Source: Convolutriloba macropyga
Lineage: Eukaryota
DNA length: 64,000 nucleotides
Assembly (NCBI RefSeq): GCF_964194025.1
Contig: NC_134468.1
Span: 36,084,001 to 36,148,000, forward strand
Direction: 5' to 3'
Shown: one piece after another, positions 9,801 through 22,282 of the stretch
Numbering within the stretch: position 1 is the first letter of the stretch
Layout of the letters: each line of letters starts with the position of its first letter
Notes under the pieces: model-generated
What the model was told of the DNA's origin: nothing
Database searches by the model: none
Seen by the model: the letters and a program-made list of their open reading frames with translations, nothing else
Program-made: the position numbers and the translations under genes

Positions 9801-10990
9801 TATTTAGACTTCAACTCATTATATGCTTCTGCTATGGTTCAAGCTTTACCTAATGGTGAGATCGATGTATGTGAAGAATTGGGCTACACTAGATCTAGCG
9901 CTAACACAGGTTATGTCTACACCATCGATATTAGGTATTGTGATGAGTTGAAACAGAAAACAAATAAGTATCCATTCTTCCCTGAGAAAACAAAAGCATG
10001 TGTAGATCAGTTTACAGATTATCAAAACGTAAATAAAAAGAAAGGATATAAACCTAATGAGAAGTTAATGCTAAAATTAACAGATAAGGTAGATTATGTA
10101 ATAGATGGAGAGATGTTAGATTGGTATTTAGATCATGGTTTGAAATTAGAAGATATTACAATTAAGCAAAAGTTAGAATATAGTAAGAGTGAATGGTTAA
10201 AACCTTATATTGAGTTTAATAATAAGAAAAGAAAAGAAGCTAAAGCTAATGGTGATAAATTTGGGGATGTATTCATTAAACTAATGAGTAATGCCTTCTA
10301 TGGAAAAACAATAGAGAATGTATATAATAGACAAGATGTAGAGTTGGTTAATGATGTAGATAGGTATATAAAATTAGTAGAAAATATAAGTTTTATATAT
10401 GCTGTGGAATTCGATAATGAATTAGTAGCTGTACATAAAGCTCGAGGTAACGTAAAATTAGATATGTTTATTTATATAGGTTTTGTTATATTAGAAAAAG
10501 CTAAGCTATATACGTACAAAGCCATATATGATTACTTTGAAAAAAAATTAGATTGTAGTTATCATTGCACAGATACAGATAGTATATTCATAAACATAAA
10601 TGTTCCTTTAGATAGTAATATAGAAACTGAAATGAATAAGATAAAAGATTTTTTACATAATGATGAGTTAGGTAAGATGAAGGATGAATTACCTAATGAT
10701 ACTATTATAGAAGCATGTTTCCTTAAAACTAAAGCATATTGTTACAATACTGTTAAAAGAGAAGAAGAGAAAAAGTTAAAAGGTTTAACTAAAGCCACTA
10801 TTAACAAACAGATTACATTGAAAATTAAACTAATGCTATATATGAAGGTAAAACTAAGTATGTAACTAATTATACTATTGATAGTAATAAACATCATTTA
10901 GAAACTAAAGAACAATATAAAATAGCTATTGATCCATTTGATGATAAAGGTATTAGAGCTAGTAATGGTGAATTTAGGTTTTACAACTAA
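6847..10990 (+). pseudogene. Protein-primed family B DNA polymerase with N-terminal zinc fingers and endonuclease VII-like insert, disrupted
   Basis: ExoI YYDFEC, VRDHDHLNGKFRGYAHNKC, KGIFPYEWFDS, ExoIII LYLKTDV, motif A YLDFNSLYASAM, motif B KLMSNAFYGKT, motif C TDTDS, LGKMKDE, KLKG. Spread over ORFs 7340-10865 with several stops and frameshifts. Confidence 0.93.
7053..7112 (+). repeat. 18-bp coding tandem repeat (DLDQSK/N x3)
   Basis: gatttagatcaatctaaa / gacttagatcaatctaat / gacttagatcaatctaaa. Confidence 0.85.
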
Positions 10991-11307
10991 TTTTTATAAA
11001 ATAATAGCAAAAGTTAAAATTTATAAAAGAGTTAAGCTGGTTTTTTATTCAAGTTATCCACGAAGTGGTTACAACAATTTTCGAAAGTTGGTTTTACGTG
11101 CTTTTTACACGGTCTCACTAGTTTTATACTAGTATCTGGGATACGTTCACTGGAGTCAGTGAGGATAGAACCCGAACTATCCGTCTGATAGTGGACAATT
11201 ACCAGCTTAACTCTGTACTAGTGGATTGCACTAAGTGAGACAAGAAATGATAGATTTAAAATATAAAAGAAGTGAATATAGAGTAGTGGATATATAAAGG
11301 GAATTAG

Positions 11308-11373
11308 AGTAATGTGTATATGGGTACCGTCTCGCTGGCTCTATGCTGCGGAGGTACCCATATACACATTACT
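11308..11373. repeat. Perfect 21-bp inverted repeat with 24-nt loop at the candidate Polinton end
   Basis: agtaatgtgtatatgggtacc (11308-11328) and ggtacccatatacacattact (11353-11373). Confidence 0.95.
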
Positions 11374-14054
11374 TGCATGGCCGATTACGCTAATTTCCGG
11401 CTAACAATACGCCATTGGGCAAAAATTGCACGTCAATCCTAAATTAATCCCGAATCAAGACTGATTTATTCATGAACAATAGACATGAAAAGTAGACAGA
11501 CAAATGATTTTTATCCTAAATCAGAACCTGAGCTACGAATAATAATATAGCAAAAATTTCTCAGAATTTCGATATTAAGTATTTTTTCTGCGATTGTTTT
11601 AATCGCCAAGAATAAACAAAAAACAATTAGACTATACAAAAAAAACAACTGACGATGTGCTCGCCAATTTGCTAATAAATATTGAGAAAGTTGAATATCT
11701 GCAAACATTTACTGAACAAGATTAATCAGTATTTAAAAAATAAGTTGGAAACTAAATGTTTAGTAGAAATTTAAATTAAGGAGACGCTGGCTCATTATAA
11801 TGCAAAAACTCTGGTTTTTTACTGATTGTGCTATAAAAATTCCTATTATAACTCTATCAAGTGAGAATGGCAGACTCGGGGGTTGAATAAATAGAGAATA
11901 ATATAAAAAAAGGCTAGTATAAGTAATTTTCCAGCCCAACAACTGAAACTTGTTATTCTGGATAGCTAAACCTCGAGAGACATTAAAATATACAGTTGAG
12001 AGTTTGCGAGGAACTAAAACTTCTTGACAAAAGGAAAAATACAATTTTTTGACAATTACTTCCATTATGTTCTTTAGAACCAGTTTTTTCTGATAGAAAT
12101 TTTATCCCTATAAATCTTATCCCTATTATTCCAAATGAGCAGTTTCCTGAACCATTTAACTAAATATTGGACCTACAAAAGTACCTTTTGCAATCACAAT
12201 CAATCCTGTCACTGAAGTTGAAAAATACCATACAAATAGGAAAAACACAAACGCAGAGTCAAAAAACTTCCCACATTATATGTGGTTTTTGTTGTCAAAT
12301 CCCGTTTTTCTCCAGAAAACTAATTCAAATAACTCTAAATTGAGGTAATTTCGTGTCCAGATTGCAAGGCTTTGGTCCTAAAAATAAGTAAAAAAATCGT
12401 TTTGCATGAGAGGAACTGATCAAAAGAGCAAAAAACCAGTTACACATTTATTTTCATTCCCGAAATAAATTGGCCGGAACGAAAGCGTTGATCGAGCAAT
12501 GGTAACGAGCTATAGTGGTGAGCTGCAAAATATAATCAATCTGGGGTTTTAATCAAAGAACTTTCACAATAAGGAGCACCGACTTCAAACATTCAAAAAG
12601 TACGAAATTGCTACGACTACAACCTTGTCATAAATGATTTCTATTATAGCAAAACTTTCATTGATGTAACTTTCAACGTTGCTACTTCTCCATGAGAGCA
12701 AACAAAAAATTGAAAACACACAAAAAAGTAAAAAAAAATTGATTGGAGCAGGTCCTTGTAGAGTCCGTTCTTAAGCAAAATTAAACATAAGGAGCTGAAA
12801 ATAAGGAGTTGAAATCCCAAAAAGGCCGTTTTTGAAAACACACAAAGAGGAAAGAAATACATTTAAGAAGGTCCCTGTAAGGTCCCTATTTAAATCTACA
12901 ATAAAAATAGAAGTATGATGGTAGCTTTTTCTTGCAGGCTATGCATAAATAGAGGAACTTTTTTCAAGAGATATAAAAAAGCTATAGTCGAAATTGAAAT
13001 CCCGAATAGGCCGTTTTTGTAAACAAACAAAAAGCAAAGAAATCCTTTGAAGAAGGTCCCTGTAGGTCCCTTTTTTAAGCAGAATTAAACAAAGGAGCTA
13101 ATCAAAATTTCATTGGCTTTTAAAATCCTTCAGTATATGACATACTACGAAAATAATGTGGGCATCATACTCACTACGAAAAGCACTTTGACCCAGGGAA
13201 AAGCACTTTGACCCACATATTTTTAAAGGACGGTGGACTGTTTGAGAAACATTCCATAAAATTGCAAAGCTTGAAGTTATGAATTACTTATGGTAAATTT
13301 CTGCATATCATTGCCAACGTTAGCCTATCACACGCTTTTGTATGACTTTCACTAATCTAGATGACTTTCAATAATAGTAGCAAAAATAAGACATTATTAT
13401 TGTCATGCCAATATTAGCAAAATATTTTTGTTTAAAATTAATCAAGATTTTTTCTTTTCTGATCAACATTATGTGCTATTTGTTTGGATTCAGAAAAACG
13501 AGCTCCGCCAAAAAGCTTAGGTAACAAAAATGAGTTACTTGGTAACATTAAAATTTTATTATACTTACGCTGTAAATAACTGAGAGAATTTATTCATTGA
13601 TGCGCTTCGTTCATATAAAGCAAATCTCAGAAATTATCAATATTATAAAAGAGATTTAAACCACCATTCAGTTTTCAGTATGTTGCTACCTTTTCATCAA
13701 AATGATATTTTATAGTTTCTGCTGAGTAGCTAAAAATCGACTCTTGCATTAAGTTCATGAAAATTTGATACACTGTCCTGATCAGAAGTAAAATTTTTGG
13801 CTGTTTTATCCAAAAACCAAGCATTCAAAAAAAACAACCAAAAGCAAAACCGTTCAAACTACTTTGATTGAGTCAGCAGGCTTTTTGCCTCAAACCGTGT
13901 TAATTTAGATGTTTGAAGTCAATTCCTCTCTTGACCGAAGTATATTGCTAAGAAAATTTTTTCTACATCACTAGAAAGGTCTCTCACAGATGACGTTTGC
14001 CGACTGAATTTTAAGGCGAGAATATGTCAGTTAGTATAGTTTTTAAATTTCCAG

Positions 14055-14492
14055 ATATCAACCAAGAGTATCTATACCCAGTGATCAACCAGTCGGTGCC
14101 TCTAAAGCTACTTTATTACACTGAACACGAGCAGTGGGCAATATCAGACAAAGTGTACATGCGAGAGATAAATGACTGGCAACATCCATCTAGCGCCAAC
14201 ATGAACATGATCAGAGTTGATGTTCCATTAAGACGCCGTTCCCTATTCTTCGGAGTTTTCCTAATCTACCCAAACCTCCTCCTCTACCTTTTGTCAGTAT
14301 TTACGTATTTGCTTCCCCCTGAGTCTGGAGAGAAAGTAAGCTTTGCAGTTACTCTGTTTCTGGCACAAGTGGTCAACTTTGGAACAATGTTGACAATATT
14401 TCCGGCAACTTCTCGTCACCTTCCGATTGTCGTATATTTCGCCTGTGCTGTCTCTGGTCAAATGATGGTCATGTGTTTTTTCGCCATATGTG
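14055..14492 (+). CDS. Cys-loop ligand-gated ion channel (nAChR/5-HT3-like) copy 1, exon with loop C and M1-M3
   Basis: tttccag acceptor and G|gtgagt donor; EHEQW..LRRRSLFF..LIYP..YLLPPESGEKVSFAVTLFLA..IFPATS..LPIV. Confidence 0.9.
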
Positions 14493-15112
14493 GTGAGTGT
14501 GGACCGAAAAACAGGAGTTCAAATTTGATTATTTGGAACTCAACTTAACGGTGGGAGAGAAAAAACCTTTGCTTACCTACTTTATTTCGTTGGTCATTAT
14601 TCACCAACAGATTTATACTTAAAAAAACTGTTCGGTAAAATTTTAGGATCAATTTTAGGATCAATTTTTGTTCTTCATTTTTCTTGCTTTCGTTTTGACA
14701 AACTAACTATAGCAAAACAATATACTTAGAATTTAATTGCAGGCGACAGCCAACTGAAGGAAAGACATTATATGCTCAATCAATTAGGAAATACTACCTA
14801 ATAGTTGTTAACTTTCGATCAAATTGTTGTTGTGGAAAACTTTCACAAGATACTTCAACATGTTTTTGAAAATATCTAAATTCAACACTTAGAACTAGAT
14901 TGAAAGCTTATGTCGTAAAAACCCTAAGTAATCGCAGTGCAACAAAATTCTTCCTTGCTGTTTTTTCTCCTTTTGTCTATTATCTTCCGTCAAAAAAAAC
15001 ATCACAAAGAACCTTCTTTTAATTTAAGGCACATGATTTTATACAGCCCATTACCTGTATTCGTAGCCAAATACATTGATTCACGTTTGCGATATTCGCA
15101 TTGACATAAAAT

Positions 15113-15657
15113 CCTTTTAGTCGACAGTGATCATTTTTAAAGTGAAAAAATCAATTTACCTTTCCATTTTTTTGCCTACTTTTCTGCTTCTGTAAAAATT
15201 GTTTAGAATAAAAAACAATCAAGAAGCTGCAATTTGGTGGAACAAGAATACATTTTAATTAATTTCAGTGTTAGATAAAAGCTCAATCACAAATTCCGAT
15301 GGGAATTTGTAGTCTAGAAAACATTAAGAAACCGAATAAAGCCGCGTTTTTGTTTTTTTTGAGCTACATCTGTTGATACAATTGCAAATCAGACGCTAAA
15401 TTTTGTCAACAGTTGTAGCTCAAAAAAAAAAACGCTGGCATTGTTCGGTTTCTTAAGGTTTTCTAGACTTCAAATTTTATCGGAACTAACGTAATTAACG
15501 CCGAATTTAATTAAATTAACTTCTTGTTCCACCAAATTCCAATTTCTTGCTGGTTTTATACTCTAAACATTTTCGACAGAAGCAGAAAAATAGATATAAA
15601 AAGCGGAAATGTGAATAAGTTTTTTCACTTTGAAAATAATCAATGTCGACTAAAAGG
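15113..15657. mobile_element. Fold-back/MITE-like ~545-bp imperfect palindrome
   Basis: ccttttagtcgaca...aagtgaaaaa mirrored by tttttcactt...tgtcgactaaaagg; inner arms (gtctagaaaac/gttttctagac, gagctaca/tgtagctc) continue towards the centre near 15390. Confidence 0.8.
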
Positions 15658-16539
15658 CTTCCCTATGTTTTAAAAGGCATTATGTGAGATACTGTTCCAG
15701 TTTGTGTCATTTTGTTTTTATTTTCTAGCCTCTCATCACCGGATTCGTTTGCTTTATTCGCATTGTTCAAAAGTGGCATCGGTTCAGAGAAGTTTAAATA
15801 AATACAGAAAAAACGCAATTGTGACAATTTTCTTTGTTTTTATTCTCCTGGTTGGGGTTCAATTTTTTTTCATAGTTCTAGGTTTTTTCATGGCATATTT
15901 TTGGGCTTGAAATTAAATCAGAACAGAGAACGAATTCTTGAGATGCCGTAAACTTGTGAAATGATTTTTTAAGAGAGCAGATAGCAACTCGTTGGTTGCT
16001 CGTTTTTTTGCTATATTTTTTTTGCTACGAAATTTGCCATTTGCTGTCCAAGACGGTCAGACCGAGAGTCAAGTACCGGGCATACGGAAAAGATTTTGAC
16101 TACGCTATGAGCAGAATCAATCCAGATTATAACCAGACTAGACCGCTCTAAACCTGGAGCCATAGACTGACCGATTCAACACATTCCATACCCTAAACGA
16201 GACCAAAGAATCATAGGTCACACTTGTCTAGGCCGAATAGAATTTTGCGAAAGTGAGCCCAGCTAAACAGACCCATAATCTATGCCCTGAGTGAGATCAA
16301 AAAGATTTTTCATAAACCTGGGCCACAACGAATAGAAATAGGCCAGGCTTTAGCCCGGTCTGAAAAGACAAGATAGCAGACACTGGGCCAGACCTAACAC
16401 ACTGGACTTTGATCACCCTGAGCCATAGAAAATTCTCATTTTTAAGAACCATGCCGTTTCTGAAATCAAATTTGGCTCTTTTTTGCTTATGCCCCCTCCC
16501 CAATACGTTATGCACTCTCCAGTTACAGATAACGTTCCA

Positions 16540-19500
16540 TTACATAGTATATCACTATGTAAAAATATGGCACGTGTGTCTGTGGGGTGCAAATAATATC
16601 AATCGCTGAGTGGAACATAATACGAAAATGATTATTAAAGCGCACGATCTCTGTTTGAAAACTGCTGATGAGAACACGGTATTCTTGATAATAAACTTTG
16701 AAATGATCATATTTGTAACGGCTGCTCCCCTATCAAAGACGAGAAAAGCTTTACACCGCACAGTTCTTTCCAGCGTTTTCAAATCTGTCTGAATTTTATG
16801 CTTTTGCATTTAACTTTTCTGAATTGCATTTTCCGCTATACTGTAGATTGCCATTGCATTAATTTACTCAAATAGTCCCAAAAACTAACCGTTCAGCTTT
16901 GCTGCTTAATAAGTTGCTTCGCTCAGAATACAAAAAATCCAAGATGAAACAACCAAATATTTGTTTCAATAACTCACTTCAAAATTCGAAATTTGAAACC
17001 ATCTGGGAAGTCAGTCCTCAACAAAAAGACATCCCACTTTAACAGGCTTGTTAGCGTTAAGCACTGGATAAAACCATTTCACATCTTCTGCGAAGGCAAA
17101 CTGACCAAACTTTTTCTTCTTTTGCCCGTCAAGTGTCCACTGAATAACCAACCCAGTTCAGTTAGAACTGCATTTACATTTATTATAGTCTAGGGGGCGT
17201 TGTAACTCATAAGCATCCTGAACAATGATGAGGCCAAGTTCCATCAAGATAGGAAGTTTATTGGTTAGAAGAGTCATGTGATTCGAAATTCACTTCAGCT
17301 TACTTCAGTCCATATTCGTGTTTCCAAATGAAATTGACAATTGTGCAAACGCCTCGACCGAATACACCTTCGAATGCACTCTTTTTTATGAGGAAATTTT
17401 TCTTTCTTCAGATTTTTCTTACCGTTTATGCCAGCTATGATGAACGTAACAACGGTGTATTGGGCTCATAACTTTTCTTGCATACTTCAATGAAACCATT
17501 GATGGGCTTTCAAGGAAAGCATATGTGTTCGGCGATTTACCACCGCTGTATAACTACAAAAAGTACCCAAGGAAAGCTTCTAATACAGATACTCGGATAG
17601 ATTGTTGCCTCACTTACGATTACTTCCTGTTTGCCCTAGTCCATTTCATTTGGCTTCCCAGAGTAACAATCAGTTGTGCTTCTTGGTACACCCATTTTTG
17701 GTACACCGCACGCATTGACTTCAAATCCATCGATTGCATGTCTTTTGCTCAGATTTCCGTAACCTAAGCGTTTCTTCCTCGCTGCTGTATGCCGATCACT
17801 CACAATCCTGATCTCAAATAATTGACATTATTAAACTTTGTGAATGCCGACAGCTAGCAGACAGTGATCGTTTTTCCTCTGCTTTGTTTTTTTCACATTT
17901 GAACTGGCATTGAAATTTGATGTCCTTCAGAACGATTTGCCTCTATTTGCACTTCGGTCTTTTTTTGCTCTTCTTTGCAAGCTGAGACCCATTCAAGCAC
18001 AAATGACATTTCAGATATCATTTTTTCAAACATAGTAAGATAAAGAAACCACCACCTATTTCGTAGAACTCGAGGCAGTTTGTCCAACGTCATGTACAGT
18101 GTCGAGTTTCAATGCATATCACTAAATTGTCTGAATTCCATGAACACGTTCACGAAGTTATAAACAATAACTGAGAATTTGATCAGATCAATGGTTCATG
18201 AAGTTTCTCTTGACTGTCCTTGTGTATGCTCAGCTATGATGAACGTAACAACGGTGTATTGGGATCATAACTTTTCTTGCATACTGCAATGAAAACATTG
18301 ATGGGCTTTCAAGGAAAGCATATGTGTTTGGCGATATACCACCGCTGTATAATTACAAAAAGTACCCGAGGAAAGCTTCTAATACAGATACTCGGATAGA
18401 TTGTTGCCTCACTTACGATTACTTTCTGTTTGCCCTAGTCCATTTCATTTGGCTTCCCGAGAGTAACAATCAGTTGTGCTTCTTGGTGCACCCATTTTTG
18501 GTACACCGCACGCATTGACTTCAAATCCATCGATTGCATGTCTTTTGCTCAGATTTCCGTAACCTAAGCGTTTCTTCCTCGCTGCTGTATGCCGATCACT
18601 CATAATCCTGATCTCAAATAATTGACATTATTAAACTTTGTGAATGCCAACAGCTAGCAGACAGTGATCGTTTTTCCTCTGCTTTGTATTTTTCACATTT
18701 GAACAGGCATTGAAATTTGATGTCCTTCAGGACGATTTGCCTCTATTTGCTTTTCGGTCTTTTTTTTGCTCTTCTTTGCAAGCTGAGAACCATTCAAGCA
18801 CAAATGACATTTCAGATATCATTTTTTCAAACATAGTAAGATAAAGAAACCACCACCTATTTCGTAGAACTCGAGGTAGTTTGTCCAACGTCATGTACAG
18901 TGTCGAGTTCCAATGCATATCACTAAATTGTCTGAATTCCATGAACACGTTCACGAAGTTATAAACAATAACTGAGATTTTGATCAGATCCAATGGTTCA
19001 TGAAGTTTCTCTTGATTGTCCTTGTGTATGCTCACTCACTGTGTAATAAAGATCACATGAGGGCCCTCCATATTTTTTCTGAATCCGGAATTGGTCTCTG
19101 ATCTACTCTATCTACGGACATACTAGAGAGTTCAGGTTATTCGAGAGAAATTCAATCGAATGTTTTTAACTTCAGCCTTTGAAGTTAACTGCTACCTCAA
19201 AAACGACTGCCGTATCTTAAACCACCTCAAGGTGGGAACCGTTCTGGTCTTCGTTTCCTGATGAGCAATCGCATAACTTCCATATCAAGAGTTGTGAAAG
19301 TGCCAGCTCAGTTCAAGCTCGGTTCCTTGAAAGCTTGCTGTTGGCCGATCTCAAGTTTGAGGGTTGTCGCTTCCACTAGCCTTATCCAAATTGCTTTTCC
19401 TCTCTGGCGTGCAGTTGAAAAACTACTTGTCGGGCGTTTTGTAGCATCCGTGCAACTGAGTTGCCATATGTAAAGCTGTTGTTACTCTCAGTTTCCTTCA

Positions 19501-19850
19501 CTGCTTCAATTGCTCCGCTTTGCTCTGCATTCAATTCTGGTTGCGGACCTGTGCTTATATATGCAAGGCAAGGAATGTTCAAATATGCTTCGTTCTTGAA
19601 CAAAGTTCACTGGGCAAGGCTTAAACTTTTATCGACGCACAGGTTATTTTTGTTAGTTGTTGCTATTGACACTGTCTTCGTCAAATTGGAGATTGGTTTG
19701 CATTTCACCGTCCAGATCCTCGAACCAAAAGCACCGGGTTCTCTCTTTTCGAAATCAATGTTTACATTGCTCAGTTGTTTTCAGTGGTTTCAAATCTGTA
19801 CTGATATTACATTTTGCAGATAATTTTTGTGAACTGTTTTATTCACTATA
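16540..19850 (-). mobile_element. Degenerate BEL/Pao-like LTR retrotransposon internal region, antisense in the channel intron
   Basis: Gag-like GPHVI...LIKISVIVYNFVNVF..SDM..STLYMTLDKLPRVLRNRW, a CVRC knuckle remnant and RT-like traces (FLVFDRGAA, RHTCHIF). Heavily decayed; LTRs not identified. Confidence 0.55.
17432..19032. repeat. Tandem duplication, 2 x ~800 bp
   Basis: cagctatgatgaacgtaacaacgg starts at 17432 and 18231; paired ORFs 17525/18324 and 17893/18727. Confidence 0.95.
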
Positions 19851-21903
19851 ATTTAGGATAACGTTGTCTTATACAACCCAACTATTTTTTAGCTTTGCTG
19901 CTTAACAATACAAAGTAATTCCATGAAACAATCAGTTTGGAAAGTCCTCGTAATCAACTCAATTTATTAATCAGTTTTTCAATTGATCTCGACTTTCAAT
20001 CTTCAGTAACAGAACTTTCTATCCCATTCAAAACTAAATTGCTAGATTAGGTTAGTTACAAAATTGCTCGATTTCAAAGAAATTTATTCAAAAAGTTTCT
20101 ATAGATTCAAAACAAAAACTCATCTCTAGCATTCAATTGGGCTCAAAAACTCAAAATGAATCTAGAATAGGTTTAATTAAAGCCTGTAAAAGCAACTAAC
20201 TCAATGTCTCTTTTACTTAGGAAGTTTGTTCCTCAGAGGAAAACATATATAAAATCATATTAAATGGTCTTTTCTCCAAGTCAAAGTTAAGTTATACTGT
20301 ATAACCACTAAGATGATCTGCTGAAAAAGTAATTTACTGCTCAAGATTTTGTGTTTCACTCTGTACGGTACTTTAATCAGACAAAATTAACGAGTTCCAA
20401 CTTATTTTTGGTAGTATTTCATGCTTTTTTTACGCTGCCGGTCACCTGGCTTTGATGCCGAAATCGCATTGCTGATTGTTTGTGCATAGAGATGTCAAAG
20501 AAATTCAAACAGCTTTCCAAAACGTAATTTTTAGTGTAAACTTGAAGTCATAAAAAGTTTGTTAACCATATAAAATTTTTGTGTATATTCTGTGTCAACA
20601 ACGGGTCGATTGGCGAGCCTATCGTAAAGAATCGGATGCAATTTTGGAATGAATTGTTCAAGTCGTTCTTACAACGCATTACTAATATGCTCATAATGAA
20701 GGTAGTTTGAGTTTACTTTTCAGTTTAAATGCCTGTACAATAATCACTTATTAATAGTAGTTAGTAAAAATGCGCGTTGAGAAGAAGGACAAAATTATTT
20801 TTGCTGCAATAGAAAGTAATATTTAACATCGCCTGTCGTTGTATTCTAACTTTAGTGCTTGATTTAGCCTTGGGAGATTTGTTCAGTTGAGAAGTTTTGC
20901 CTTAAAAATTTTTAATCAATTTTTTGGGGCTTTTAGCAGAGAGATAATCTTCTAATTGTGAAAGTCTGGATAAGGGGTTTATTGTAAAATTAATTTTATG
21001 GATAGATCAACCGTTTTTGATTTATGCTGGAGTTAAAAATGACTCAAGGCTCATGGACATACTGCTCATGAGGCTTTATAGGAATATTTTTCATTGTTCT
21101 CTGTTTTTTTGCTGGTTCAAGACATCTCTTTTGTTATGCACCGAGAAATTTGGGAGTTAATTGAAAACAAAAACTGTCTTCGATATGATTTGCCAGGATT
21201 TTTCAAACGACAAAAACTCTGTTCACTGTTCTCTGTTTGTTCTCTGTTCACTATCTATTGACATTACCAGATAAAAATTGTTTAACTAGCTTTGAAAATA
21301 AGAAAAACCAGAATAAAATGGAGGGAAAGAACTCAATCACGTCTCCGTTAGGGGCTTTAATCATCTTCATTTCAAAGAGCTTAAAAATTTAATCAACGAA
21401 GGAGTAACACTTAAAAACTCAAAATGCTCTCTATGGTCTTAAAATGGTTTACAAGAGACCATAGAGTTTTTTCTCCTTGAAAGCCAATGGCAACTACGAT
21501 GTAATTGCTGTACTACTTCATCCAAAAGACATCATATGAGATCACCTTTATGTTTCTGTAAGATCTTATGTGTGGTATCAAAGAAGCCATACAACCATAC
21601 ATTCCTTGCGTATCGTTTCCAAGAAACTTTTATGGTGGTCAAATTGTTAGTCATTGAGTCTTGAAAGATAGATAAAGTCACTGCTTTTAGAAATTTGAGA
21701 GGGAACGACTTTGAGCAACATCTTTTAGCCTTTTTCAATTAGTTTCACTGAAAAACAATTTAAAGTCTCATTTAATAAGAATGGTGTCCGAGGCTCTTGC
21801 AAGATAGAAGACGGCTAAATTGAAATATCAACTGTGATCCAGATTGCATTCTGTGATACCCTGGTCGAGGATTAAATGTTTAAAAAAAATGTAAGATAAA
21901 TGG

Positions 21904-22125
21904 CGACAACAGCTTATTCATTATTTTTTTCAACGCAAATTTGGTACACAATTTTGCGGTCATGCGGTGAAGTTAAATGCTTTAGTGATAAAGTGTGGTG
22001 GTTTTTTGCAAGTTCACTGCTTACTCTAGCAGTGAAAATAAATAATTTCACCGCATTCAACACATTTCATCGCAAAATTTTGTACAAAATTTGCGGTGAA
22101 AAAAATAAGGAATAAGCTGTTGTCG
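21904..22125. mobile_element. Palindromic MITE-like element
   Basis: cgacaacagcttattc... and ...gaataagctgttgtcg termini, with further internal complementary arms. Confidence 0.75.
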
Positions 22126-22282
22126 TCACAGCTCCGGAAATAGTCGTGGTAAAATTTTGATCAGCTTTTGTTGACACCACTCCTGGCACAAGTCGTAAGT
22201 TAAACACCAGATTAAACATATAAATAGACTCAAAAGGAAAGCGACAGAGTAAGAGAACGCCAGAGACGCGCGAGAGACGAAC

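Larger units (their letters stand above)
1..11373. mobile_element. Decayed Polinton/Maverick (adintovirus-like) endogenous virus, left end outside the window
   Basis: Dense, intronless, very AT-rich cluster with packaging ATPase, penton, major capsid protein, rve integrase and protein-primed PolB motifs. Candidate right terminus ...CACATTACT at 11373 fits the AG...CT ends of Polintons; the exact end is uncertain. Confidence 0.93.

Noticed and set aside
1-11373. Adenain-type cysteine protease gene expected in Polintons
   Set aside because: No His/Cys protease motif recognised. It may lie left of the window, so absence is not claimed.
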